From Candidatus Ozemobacteraceae bacterium (GTDB lineage Bacteria; Muiribacteriota; Ozemobacteria; Ozemobacterales; Ozemobacteraceae): a stretch of DNA of 64,000 nucleotides. Positions 1 to 9,046 of this stretch are shown here, piece after piece (within the stretch, counting starts at the first letter, position 1; the number at the start of each line of letters is the position of its first letter). The stretch covers positions 896,001-960,000 of the forward strand of contig OZ223236.1 in NCBI GenBank assembly GCA_965140445.1, written 5' to 3'. Made by a program: the position numbers and the translations under genes. Under the pieces are notes generated by a model. The model was not told the DNA's origin. It made no database searches and worked only from the letters and a program-made list of their open reading frames with translations.

Positions 1-426
1 TCGAAAACCTATGTCGCTTTTTTTTATGGTTCCAGAGCCACAAACGTCGGCGCACTTTGAGCAAAACAGGCATTTTTCTTTGGAAATGGTTGGTTGTTCT
101 TTTTCGCAGCTTATGGCTTTCTCCTGACAGATTTTCGCGCAAGCCATGCATTTTGAACAAGGATTGTTTGTTACTTCTACGGGGCCTGCAAATATAATTC
201 CAATATCGGCAATGTGCGGCATTGAGCAACCGTTGGGACAGCAGGATATGGCCAGTTTAAACTGTTTATGGCGTTGTATGTTGCCTGAATAAGCCTTTTG
301 AAAAATCTCATTGAATTGAATTCTCTCGAAGACTTTTTCCACACCTTGTTTTAGCTCTAAGCTGGGGCCAACGGCCGAAGGACAGCCGGTTAAGCCTCTG
401 CAGATGTTTATAGAGTATGGTTCCAT
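1..426 (-). CDS. Nitrite/sulfite reductase-like 4Fe-4S protein with a 2x[4Fe-4S] ferredoxin insert (AsrC/DsrAB-like); runs off the window start
   Basis: Not in the ORF track. Manual translation from ATG at 426: MEPYSINICRGLTGCP...FKLAISCCPNGCSMPHIADIGI...CSKCMACAKIC...CLFCSKCADVC...GFR. It has Cx5C plus a CPNGC cluster-binding motif and two CxxCxxCxxxC motifs. Confidence 0.75.
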   Translation of the reverse strand, partial: MEPYSINICRGLTGCPSAVGPSLELKQGVEKVFERIQFNEIFQKAYSGNIQRHKQFKLAISCCPNGCSMPHIADIGIIFAGPVEVTNNPCSKCMACAKICQEKAISCEKEQPTISKEKCLFCSKCADVCGSGTIKKSDIGFR

Positions 427-524
427 TTTTCTGGTATCTGACACACGTAAGCCCTTTTTTTGTTGTTTTAAAAAGATATTGTGAACTTAAAATTTAGCAA
501 GTTTTAACATCCGACAGAAAAAAT

Positions 525-551
525 AAACATTCTGAGGTTTTCGCAGTATTA
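525..551 (+). promoter_or_regulatory. ECF-type promoter motif AAAC-N17-GTATTA upstream of the SH3b amidase at 584
   Basis: AAAC 525-528, 17-nt spacer, GTATTA 546-551; the same motif and spacing precede four other units in the locus. Confidence 0.65.
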
Positions 552-583
552 ACTAAAAACTCAAAGAGAAAATTGGAGATTCT

Positions 584-1807
584 ATGTTGAAGTGGAAAGT
601 TGTTTTGATTTCATTTGTTTTAATTCTTTGTCAGCCCGTTCTTGCCAATTCGCCCTTTAATGAAAAGGCTTTAGTGAAAATTGGAAATTCAAGTAACTCG
701 GGTTTGAGCGGCTCTATTTCTGGCACAGTATCTACAAATGGCGCTAATCTTAACGTAAGGACTGGTCCATGGGCTACGATTGTCGGGAAATTAGCTGACA
801 AAAGTAAAGTTCAAATAGTGGCCCAGAGCGGTGATTGGTTTAAAATAAATTATGGGGGAAAAATCAGGTATATACATAAAAACTATGTTTCCATAAACAG
901 TTCTAAAGCTGCTTCAGCGCCGAAATCTTCCGTTGGTTATGTAAAAGTATCAACTGTGCTGAATGTGAGAACTGGGCCGTGGGGCAGAATAATTGGTAAG
1001 CTAAAAAATAATAGCAAGGTTACCATCGTTGGTAAATCTGGAAACTGGTTAAAGATTAGCTACAATGGAAGAGTGGCCTTTATTCATAAAGATTATGTCT
1101 CAACAAAAGCGCGGGCTTCAAACCCAAGCTCATCTTCTTTTTCAGCTTATGTGAATGTTCCCACTTCTTTAAATGTAAGAACGGAGCCTTGGGGGAAAAT
1201 AATTGGAAGTTTAAAGAACAATGACAAAGTAACTGTTGTTGGGAAGTCTGGCGATTGGTATAAAGTTAAATTCAATGGAAGAACTTCTTTTATTCATTCC
1301 AAATATGTTTCAAAAAACAAAAGCTCTGCTTCATCAGGCCGTTCATCTGGAAGTAGTTTGGTAAAAAGTCCTGCAAGCGGAAGTGTTGCTCAAAAAGTTG
1401 CAGCTGCAGCGCAAAATCTGGTGACAAAATATAAGACTAGTGGGTCCTTTCCTTATGCCGCAGCTACTCAAGGGGGGAGGCTCGGGTGTGCCCAGGTTGT
1501 TTCAACTGCTTTGATGGCTGCTGGTGTGAATACCGGAATTCAACTTGGCGTATTAGCTACTATATCAAAACTTAAAAATCTTGGCTGGAAAGAAGTCAGG
1601 GTCCCACCATACCGGGCAGGAGATGTTATAACCTGGAAAACTTATGATAGATCAGGCGATGGGATAAAAGATTCCGACACTCATATCGGTGTTATACTTA
1701 CTAATGGGAATAGTGCGCAGGCGATGAATAACTCATCAACAAGAAAAAAGCCGGTAATTAATTCAGCAACAGTCTATCCAATTAGTCGGGTCCTGAGAAA
1801 AGACTAG
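584..1807 (+). CDS. Secreted 3xSH3b + NlpC/P60-superfamily Cys/His peptidoglycan amidase-like protein
   Basis: Signal peptide; three LNVRT(G/E)PW..W.KI.YxG...IHxxYV repeats with Ser-rich linkers; C-terminal GCAQVVS...AGDVITW...THIG. Confidence 0.8.
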   Translation: MLKWKVVLISFVLILCQPVLANSPFNEKALVKIGNSSNSGLSGSISGTVSTNGANLNVRTGPWATIVGKLADKSKVQIVAQSGDWFKINYGGKIRYIHKNYVSINSSKAASAPKSSVGYVKVSTVLNVRTGPWGRIIGKLKNNSKVTIVGKSGNWLKISYNGRVAFIHKDYVSTKARASNPSSSSFSAYVNVPTSLNVRTEPWGKIIGSLKNNDKVTVVGKSGDWYKVKFNGRTSFIHSKYVSKNKSSASSGRSSGSSLVKSPASGSVAQKVAAAAQNLVTKYKTSGSFPYAAATQGGRLGCAQVVSTALMAAGVNTGIQLGVLATISKLKNLGWKEVRVPPYRAGDVITWKTYDRSGDGIKDSDTHIGVILTNGNSAQAMNNSSTRKKPVINSATVYPISRVLRKD

Positions 1808-1830
1808 ATACGAAACTAGTTAGAACAGTT

Positions 1831-1880
1831 AAAGCACGCCTCTTGCCAAAAAGTTTTTTGAAAAGAGGCGTGCTTTTTTA
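1831..1880 (+). terminator. Rho-independent terminator
   Basis: AAAGCACGCCTCTT (1831-1844) / AAGAGGCGTGCTTT (1863-1876) inverted repeat followed by a T tract. Confidence 0.75.
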
Positions 1881-2122
1881 TTTTTAATTGGAAAGGATTT
1901 GGCTGTGGTTTGCGAAATAAGCGTATTTCTGATGCCAGTTTTAGGGATGTATAAAGTTGTATGTGCGTTGCTTGCTTATTTGAAAATGAAAACTGAATGC
2001 CATTTGGTTGCATCTTTTTGAGAAATACTGGTTTGATTTGTTTTCCTGAGCAAAACAAAATTCAGTGCTTTAAGAAAGAAAGGGAGTCAGCTAATTTAAA
2101 ATGTTACTGCTTTGAACTTCGA

Positions 2123-3421
2123 TCAATTCTTTTTTACTTCTTGAATCAATTTTTTGGAATTGAGAAGGTAAAAATTTTTCTCGATTTTCACTAGTGGGTT
2201 TAGTTTTTTCCATTTTGTGCAATAGTTTGGAGATGCTCCTTCGAAAGTCACAAAAAGGCTTGCTCCATCGAACTCAAGATCTTCTGAGCCGGCTGGAAGA
2301 GAGAACGTTTTCCAGTTAACCTTGTCTGCAAGTACATAGCCATCAACTGAGAACGTTTTGTCTTTAGATGGGGAATATTCTATCCTGTTAGCCTTTGAGT
2401 TCAGAGGAGATTTGTAAATAGCGAGTTTAGAGTTTGCCGCTCCATAAGAAATGCTCAATGCAATGTGGTTGTTAAATACAGCCATTCCTTGAACGGATTC
2501 TCTGCAGCAAATTACCTTATCAGGTTTATTGCCTCTTCTGCTTTTTCCTCCAGCTACAAAATTATACTCGATGCAGCTGGTTGGAAATCCATCGTCGTTA
2601 ACTTTGTATCCCGCAATCCATGTTTCTTTTTTCCATGGATTTGTTTTGTGGTGTTTTATAGGTTGATAGGATTTATTGGATGACTTTACGAAATCGCCTG
2701 TCCATAGACATTCGCCATCGAAGCTTAGATAGCTGGCTGAAGAGTCAACTTTGAAGACTTTTATTGAAGCTATTTCTTTTGTTGGAATTTGAAATGAGGC
2801 AGGGCTGATTTTTTTTATGTCTACCTTGTTTGGGTTGCTTGATAAAAGGCCGAGAATATCATTCAAATCAAAGCCGGTTAGTTGGTATCCCGAGGCTACC
2901 CATATTGTGTTGCCTGCTATTGCAATTCCTCCAGCGTGTCCTTTGTATGCCTTAGTGGAAGAAAAAAACAATGGAAATCTGGCAATTGCTTTGCCTGTAT
3001 CCAGATTGATAGCTACGAGTTGAGAGGGATGGTTGGTGTATTCGGTTTTAGGATAATATGATAGTAGGGCAACGTTTTTAAACGCGCATTTTGATCCTTT
3101 GAGCTTTTTTTGTGGAATATGGCATATGCCCTGGCAGACAAAATTTTTATTTTCGTGCCCTGGAATTTTGAAAGATTTATCTATCAGTTGTTTTTCGTTC
3201 GAATTTTTTCCAATGCTCCGAATTTTTGCAAAAAGCTTTGTGGTTTTTCTTTTTAGGGCTTCCAGTATTTTTGCTCCAAGTTTTTTCTCGGTTTCTGAGT
3301 CATTGCTGGCATTGGATTCGGCTGGTATGACGCTTGTTTCCTTAAACGGTGAGCTGGAAAAGGCGGGGAAACAAATGGAAAACGTGAGAATGACGGCAAA
3401 AATGATTTTTTTCATTGGCAC
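2123..3421 (-). CDS. Secreted protein of unknown function, probably beta-propeller-like (ATG at 3415 may be the start)
   Basis: 432-aa ORF with signal peptide MKKIIFAVIL...AFS; repeated blade-like motifs QGIC, GHAGGIA, VQGMA, SEDL. Confidence 0.65.
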   Translation of the reverse strand: MPMKKIIFAVILTFSICFPAFSSSPFKETSVIPAESNASNDSETEKKLGAKILEALKRKTTKLFAKIRSIGKNSNEKQLIDKSFKIPGHENKNFVCQGICHIPQKKLKGSKCAFKNVALLSYYPKTEYTNHPSQLVAINLDTGKAIARFPLFFSSTKAYKGHAGGIAIAGNTIWVASGYQLTGFDLNDILGLLSSNPNKVDIKKISPASFQIPTKEIASIKVFKVDSSASYLSFDGECLWTGDFVKSSNKSYQPIKHHKTNPWKKETWIAGYKVNDDGFPTSCIEYNFVAGGKSRRGNKPDKVICCRESVQGMAVFNNHIALSISYGAANSKLAIYKSPLNSKANRIEYSPSKDKTFSVDGYVLADKVNWKTFSLPAGSEDLEFDGASLFVTFEGASPNYCTKWKKLNPLVKIEKNFYLLNSKKLIQEVKKN

Positions 3422-3456
3422 CCTTTAATCTTAAAATTTGGGATCTCTTTAAATAA

Positions 3457-3483
3457 ATTTACGAAAAAAAATCAAATATGTTT
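3457..3483 (-). promoter_or_regulatory. ECF-type promoter motif (AAAC-N16-CGTAAAT) for the 3421 gene
   Basis: Plus strand ATTTAC(G) 3457-3463 ... GTTT 3480-3483; same spacing as the other copies. Confidence 0.6.
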
Positions 3484-3637
3484 ATTTAAATTGAAAATGT
3501 TGAACTAATTTTATTTATTTATTTTTTTATGCAAAATATTGGTGAAAATTATTATTCAAGTCCTTTTTTTAAAACCTTTTTAAATAAAAGAAGGATTTTG
3601 TGAATGGAAAAAAATGCAAGATTTTTTACAAAATAAA

Positions 3638-3664
3638 AAACTAATACGATTTTTCAACGTATAA
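3638..3664 (+). promoter_or_regulatory. ECF-type promoter motif (AAAC-N16-CGTATAA) for the pilin operon at 3766
   Basis: AAAC 3638-3641, CGTATAA 3658-3664. Confidence 0.6.
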
Positions 3665-3675
3665 GTAACAAGAAA

Positions 3676-3737
3676 TATGCTAAATTTTTAGAGGTAAGAT
3701 TGAAAATATAAGGCATCGAAACTTTAAATTTAGCATA
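3676..3737. repeat. 12-bp perfect inverted repeat in the pilin operon leader
   Basis: TATGCTAAATTT 3676-3687 / AAATTTAGCATA 3726-3737. Confidence 0.6.
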
Positions 3738-3765
3738 AAAAATTTAAATTCGGGTTAGAAGTATT

Positions 3766-4305
3766 ATGCGAAAAAAAGGATACAGTCTTGTTGAAATCGT
3801 TATTGTTGCAGGCATTGCCTCTCTTTTTGCCTCTATGGTTTTCAGATTTTATGCTCAATCGAATAAGAGCCAGGTGGTGCTTATTGAAGGGCTTCAGCTA
3901 CAATCAAGTGTTGTTAGTGGTGTGAACAAAACAATGAGAGAAATCAGGTCTGGCATTTCTTTTATTGTTCCAGAGCTTGATGAGTCTATTGGCGCCATCG
4001 TTTTTACTGACAACGAAAACAATTTTAAAGCAATTTATGCTCTAGAAAATGAAGCGTTAACCAAACGTGAGTCTACTCCTATTTACGACTTGTTTTGTTA
4101 CACCACAAATACTGAAACTTATGATGTTTTTTCCCCAGTATACGACATTAAGCAATTAAAGCTTCTTTGTTCAGACATTAAAAACATAAGCTTTCGATTA
4201 AGTAGTGCTAGAGCTGTATCTGCGGATTTTGTTTTTCAGCGCAATGGAAAAGAATTTCAGGTTGTAGCAGAGGGAGCTTTGATGAATATCGGGGGTGCCC
4301 AATGA
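3766..4305 (+). CDS. Type IV pilin-like minor (pseudo)pilin, PilW/GspJ-like
   Basis: Class III signal MRKKG|YSLVE followed by a hydrophobic helix. Confidence 0.8.
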   Translation: MRKKGYSLVEIVIVAGIASLFASMVFRFYAQSNKSQVVLIEGLQLQSSVVSGVNKTMREIRSGISFIVPELDESIGAIVFTDNENNFKAIYALENEALTKRESTPIYDLFCYTTNTETYDVFSPVYDIKQLKLLCSDIKNISFRLSSARAVSADFVFQRNGKEFQVVAEGALMNIGGAQ

Positions 4306-6116
4306 AATTAGATAAACGAGGTCTGACTCTTCTTGAATTTACTGTTGGTCTTTTCTTAATTGGGGGAGCAATTGTAATTTATCTTCAAACAATCGAAAGT
4401 TCTCGCAAAAAAAATCATTTTTTTTCAGAGCACTTTATAGCTTCAATTCTTGCAGCCAAAACTATTGAAACAACCTACCAGGAAACTGAAATAAATCCCT
4501 ATGGTCTGGAAGCGCTTGGCCTTGTGGACAAGAATTCAAAACCTTTCCAATTTTCTTCCTTAATAACAGATGGGCAGACAGTTTTCTTTAAATATCCAGA
4601 AATTACTAAAAAACTGACGCCCGGGCTTTTTAGCTTTGTGGATAATGATTTTCAACTAGTTATAGCCACAAGCCTCGGAAAAGACAATAAAAACTTTTTT
4701 GTAGACACTTCATTTAAGTGGCCAGCGCCTACAGGTGTGGGCAACTTTTCCTATAAAACTCTTTTTCCAAGTTTCACTCTTAAAAAAGAGGCCTATACAA
4801 ACTTTGCTCTCCCAGATGATCAATTAGAAAAAAAGGTTGTAGAGAGAATTTTTGAAGAAAAAAACAAAAGTATTGGAACCATAATTAGCTCCCCATTAGC
4901 TGCAAAAGTGGCTTTAAGCACGGGACAGATTTATTTTTCGATCGTAGGCCTTCTTTGTTCACCTGAGTTTGAATCCAACTACCAAAAGGCAGTGAAGTGT
5001 AGCAAATTACCGCTTTCACCAACATCTGAAGATTTTGCAGCTGGAACAGAAGCTTACTTTAAGGTAGCGAGAGATATTGTTGATTTGATGCTTTATCTGA
5101 AACCACACATTGAAAATATTAAGACTAATATGAAAACTATTTCTTCCCTGGATCTTAGAAAAAAATCACGTTTAGAGACTTTCATGTACAAAGCTGGGCA
5201 CAGTCTCGATAAGCTACGTCAGGTTTTCTTTATATGTTTGAATGACGCTGCCAGTAGATACAATGAGCAGATAAAAGAAAGCGAAGACTCTTCGAAGCAA
5301 AGATTTCAGATTGAAAGATGTTTTAATTTGCATAGAATCCTTTACACCTGCAAGAGTTTTTGTAGTGGAGTTTTCTCGTCAGCAAATTCCGCTTTGGTGA
5401 TAGAGAAAGAATATATGGATTTTTTAGCTTCTATTGAAAAATATTTTGAAAACAGAGACCCCGCCATTTATCGACTGGCTAACCAGGAAAAAAAGTTTGC
5501 AAAGAAAAATGAGCTTAAGAAGCGATATTTTACCTGCAAACTAATTTTTGATTTGTTCAAGGTTTCTGAGGAATTGAGAAAGATTCTCCCACCTCCTGCA
5601 GAAGGAGATTTTTATAAAGCCTCGGTGATAGGTAAGGAATCTGGTGATGGAACAGTCGCTGGAGCTGTTACCTGGGCACGAGACCAGATGGCTGGCGGCA
5701 CCAGGAAGGGTAGAAATTCCAATAACGGAATGACATCAAAGGATCCTAAAGCATGGAATGACTGGTGTCTTGCGTTTGTAGCCACAGCCTATGGACGTGA
5801 AAATGAGGGGCTTCGGGCTATTAGTGCTGCAGATGCTTTAGAGGGATTTTTGAGCAAAGGAAAAATAACTAATGATAAAAATCCCCCGGCTGGGGCAATC
5901 ATGTTTTCAGATAAATCACCAGCAAATCCATACGGACACATTTTTATAGCCACAGGGCAAAAAAATAGTAAGGGAGAACCTATGGTTATAACTTCAGGTT
6001 GGCCGGGGCACGATGGTATTACTGAAATGACTTTGTCGGAGATGATAAAAGTTAACGGGGAAGAGTACTATAAGGGATGGACTCTTCCCAAGGATAAGGA
6101 AGTGAGCAAGCCATGA
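4302..6116 (+). CDS. Type IV pilin-like protein with a helical central region and a C-terminal CHAP/NlpC-like Cys/His domain
   Basis: KRG|LTLLE prepilin motif; C-terminal ~165 aa (YKASVIG...WCLAFVATAYG...PPAGAIMF...PYGHIFIATG...YKGW) is closely similar to the C-terminus of 9814..11082. Confidence 0.8.
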   Translation: MKLDKRGLTLLEFTVGLFLIGGAIVIYLQTIESSRKKNHFFSEHFIASILAAKTIETTYQETEINPYGLEALGLVDKNSKPFQFSSLITDGQTVFFKYPEITKKLTPGLFSFVDNDFQLVIATSLGKDNKNFFVDTSFKWPAPTGVGNFSYKTLFPSFTLKKEAYTNFALPDDQLEKKVVERIFEEKNKSIGTIISSPLAAKVALSTGQIYFSIVGLLCSPEFESNYQKAVKCSKLPLSPTSEDFAAGTEAYFKVARDIVDLMLYLKPHIENIKTNMKTISSLDLRKKSRLETFMYKAGHSLDKLRQVFFICLNDAASRYNEQIKESEDSSKQRFQIERCFNLHRILYTCKSFCSGVFSSANSALVIEKEYMDFLASIEKYFENRDPAIYRLANQEKKFAKKNELKKRYFTCKLIFDLFKVSEELRKILPPPAEGDFYKASVIGKESGDGTVAGAVTWARDQMAGGTRKGRNSNNGMTSKDPKAWNDWCLAFVATAYGRENEGLRAISAADALEGFLSKGKITNDKNPPAGAIMFSDKSPANPYGHIFIATGQKNSKGEPMVITSGWPGHDGITEMTLSEMIKVNGEEYYKGWTLPKDKEVSKP

Positions 6117-7123
6117 ATTATGGAGTTATGAAAAAGTCGTCTGGGTATGTTTTTCCAACAATTTTGCTTGCCACCTTGGCAATTGGTTTTTTCACAATAA
6201 CTCTCGCAATGCTTCAAAGTTCTCACAAAGACCAGCTAATGCACTTAAATAGTTATCAACGAGCCTTGAATATTGCTACCTCTGTATGTGTAACTCAACT
6301 TGCGGAGCTTAAGGAAAAGCAATGGGAATACAGGTTTTTTAAAGACAAGCCTGTGATAAAAGCGAATCAGGAGCTTTTTAACGGGAAGTATGACTACTGT
6401 ATTGAGGACTACAACCTGGCTAGTAAAACTTTCAATATAAAAGTAAGAGTTAACATTGCTGGTAAAAAAAGCCTTTTCTATTGGCGCTATCAATACATCA
6501 CAAACATGTTAGATTTCTCCAGGCTCGTAATTCCAATTTTTTTCGACCAGTTTCCTGAGGAACTTTTTGATAATACAAAAAAAGGTATTTTAGATGGGAA
6601 AGTTGATAGCCAATTAATAAAACGCGAACAAAATAAAGCTAAGGCCCAAAAAATATCCAAGATTATTCGTAAAGAAAAAACTCCAGCAGAAATTCTTAAA
6701 AAGCTTGGGGCAATACCTGCCAAGGGTGTTGCAGGACTTAAGGACAAAGATTCTGCCCGTTCAGATAAAGATAAAATAGACCTTGTTAAATCCAGTACCC
6801 CTAAAACAGACATCACTAAAGCCGTAAGTGAGCTTAACGATTTGATTTCAAACGTGGACGAGTTAAAATTGCCAGCTATTGGAAGTAACATTGATGAAAG
6901 TTTCCCTATACGCCTCAGAGAAAGCCCTTGGGGAACCTATATCGCAAAAATTCCACCTTCTGCGTCTAATATAAAAGTTTTGTCCATTCAAGGAGACTGG
7001 TTTGAAGTTATTTATAACGGCGTCAGTGGGTATGCTCACATTAATTTTATTGCAGTTCCGGGATATGTTCCGTCTGGGATAGAGCCTCCTTACCCTCCGG
7101 GTGTAGATATGGTTTTAGAGTAA
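6113..7123 (+). CDS. PilX/GspK-like pilin (no Glu5) with a C-terminal SH3b domain
   Basis: KKSSG|YVFPTILL hydrophobic helix; C-terminal IRLRESPWGTYIAKI...GDWFEVIYNGVSGYAHINFI. Confidence 0.75.
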   Translation: MNYGVMKKSSGYVFPTILLATLAIGFFTITLAMLQSSHKDQLMHLNSYQRALNIATSVCVTQLAELKEKQWEYRFFKDKPVIKANQELFNGKYDYCIEDYNLASKTFNIKVRVNIAGKKSLFYWRYQYITNMLDFSRLVIPIFFDQFPEELFDNTKKGILDGKVDSQLIKREQNKAKAQKISKIIRKEKTPAEILKKLGAIPAKGVAGLKDKDSARSDKDKIDLVKSSTPKTDITKAVSELNDLISNVDELKLPAIGSNIDESFPIRLRESPWGTYIAKIPPSASNIKVLSIQGDWFEVIYNGVSGYAHINFIAVPGYVPSGIEPPYPPGVDMVLE

Positions 7124-7126
7124 AAA

Positions 7127-9046
7127 ATGTATTTTAAAAATCTCACAGTTTTATTAAAGAAGCTGGACTTTCATCTGCAAAGAAAAGATAAGGCCCTTGT
7201 ATGCGTAGTTTCTGGAATTATTTCATTCTGTTTTATATGGTTTGGAAGTCTTTCTGAACCATTTCATCTAAAAATTTTAGATTTGAAAGACAAATTCAGG
7301 TCCAGCTGGAGTCAGCGAAACAATGAAGATCTGGTTTTGCTTGCAATTGACAACGACACATTGATTCAAGCCCCTGAAAAGTGGCCTTGGAGTCAAAATT
7401 ATTGGGGAGAAATCATTGATTCTATAACTGCTAACTCCAGCCCGACGGCAATAATTCTAGACATATATTTTCAAGCTCAGGAAACAGAGTCTAAATCCAC
7501 AACAAACTTTCCCAGGGCGTTAAAAAATAACGGAAAAGTTGGATTGATAGCGCTTTATGAAGAATTTGTTACTGAACTCGGAAACCAGGTTAAGTATATT
7601 CCACCTGCCAAGCCACTAAGGAAAAGTGCTGCATTTGTAGGTCTGTCGCAATTTCCACTGGATTCCGATGGAAAAGTGCGCACTTTTATGGCAACTGACC
7701 AGAGAATTGCCAGAAAACATATTTCTTTGGAGTTTATGCATTTTTTGAATAAAAGGTTTCCGTTTCAGGAAATTCTTGAAGCAGAAAAAAAAGCGGTTTG
7801 CTTGCTCGACTTCTCCTCATCTAGAGCTGGTGTTGAACAGATTAGCCTGGGCATGGTTTTAAAATCTCCAAAGAGTCTTTCTCTTTTGAATGGCAAAATT
7901 GTTCTCATAGGCTCGACGGCTCCTGTCCTTCATGATTATCATCAGACTCCGAGTGGGATGATTACTGGACCAGAATTGGTCTGCAATTCAATTGCCACGC
8001 TTCTTGACTCTAAGATACAGCTGGTTAGAAAGAGTGTGCTAGATCGTGCCGTATATTTTTTTCTAGGGGTTGTCCTTTGCTTCTTTTTAGTAGCAGATAT
8101 TTTTGGAAAATCTTTACGCAGCATGTTTATCATCTGGTTGATTTTGCCTCTGATTTTGTTTTTCTACTCTTTTTGGCCTCTTTTTCATCCCCCAATTGAA
8201 ATTTTCTGGGCGGGATATAGTTTTTTCGGCCTCCTTGTTTGCTTATTTTCAAGATTTCTAGAACTATCTGATCTACGGTTACAACTGCTTGAAGGTGAGA
8301 TTTGTGGGCAGATTCAGAAAAGTTTTTTCCCTGAAAAGGAATTAGAAACGGAACAGGGAGTGATTTGTTTTGGCCGCTGTATCCCTTATAAGGATGCGGG
8401 GGGAGATTTCTATGATTTTATGGAGCTTGGGGATGGAAGAGTCTTTTTTATGCTGGGGGACGTTACTGGACATGGAATCTCTGCGGGCATGATTACAACC
8501 GTTGCAAAGTCGATGGTTATCCAGGAAAGCGAGAAGGACGATTTTGATTTGCAGAATCTTTTCAATCAGATCAGTTTGACTATTTTCAAAATGACTAAAA
8601 AAAGAAGAATGATGACCGGGGTGGCAGGTATCATCAGCGCTGATAAATCGACGGTAAGACTCATATCTGCGGGGCATCTTCCTACAATTGTTAAGATTGA
8701 GAATGAAATTTTCGAACATCCGCTTCCAAGCCTGCCTCTTGGAGTATCAAAAAAGAAGAAAAAATTCTCTGAAAAAACCATTGAGGCTCCAACTGTCGGA
8801 AAGCTTTTTATCTATTCTGATGGGTTTGTTGAAGGGTTGGACTGGGACAATGAATTGCTGGGTTATGAAAGATTATTTGGGCAGATCGCAGATTTACCTC
8901 CTCGGTTTAAGCCTGAGGAAGATTTTGATGAACTTGTGCATAAGCTTAAAATGCATACTAAAGGAAGGCATTTTGAAGATGATGTAACGCTTTTGGTTAT
9001 TCAATTTAAGGATAAGGAGATAGGTAGTTATGAGAAGGTTGTTTAA
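7127..9046 (+). CDS. CHASE2 sensor + TM helices + SpoIIE/PP2C Ser/Thr phosphatase
   Basis: LVLLAIDNDTL...KWPW, LDSDGKVR, GKIVLIGSTA...D.H.TP.G...GPE (CHASE2); GGDFYD, GDVTGHG, SAGH, YSDGFVE, DDVT (SpoIIE). Confidence 0.9.
   Translation: MYFKNLTVLLKKLDFHLQRKDKALVCVVSGIISFCFIWFGSLSEPFHLKILDLKDKFRSSWSQRNNEDLVLLAIDNDTLIQAPEKWPWSQNYWGEIIDSITANSSPTAIILDIYFQAQETESKSTTNFPRALKNNGKVGLIALYEEFVTELGNQVKYIPPAKPLRKSAAFVGLSQFPLDSDGKVRTFMATDQRIARKHISLEFMHFLNKRFPFQEILEAEKKAVCLLDFSSSRAGVEQISLGMVLKSPKSLSLLNGKIVLIGSTAPVLHDYHQTPSGMITGPELVCNSIATLLDSKIQLVRKSVLDRAVYFFLGVVLCFFLVADIFGKSLRSMFIIWLILPLILFFYSFWPLFHPPIEIFWAGYSFFGLLVCLFSRFLELSDLRLQLLEGEICGQIQKSFFPEKELETEQGVICFGRCIPYKDAGGDFYDFMELGDGRVFFMLGDVTGHGISAGMITTVAKSMVIQESEKDDFDLQNLFNQISLTIFKMTKKRRMMTGVAGIISADKSTVRLISAGHLPTIVKIENEIFEHPLPSLPLGVSKKKKKFSEKTIEAPTVGKLFIYSDGFVEGLDWDNELLGYERLFGQIADLPPRFKPEEDFDELVHKLKMHTKGRHFEDDVTLLVIQFKDKEIGSYEKVV

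Noticed and set aside
1816..2194. Short ORFs 1816..2058(-) and 1997..2194(+)
   Set aside because: They overlap a terminator or the neighbouring gene end, have no recognisable motifs, and are probably spurious
3740..3766. Sixth ECF motif copy ending in GTATTA at 3761-3766
   Set aside because: The -35 position reads AAAT, not AAAC, and the hexamer overlaps the start codon; the 3638 copy fits better
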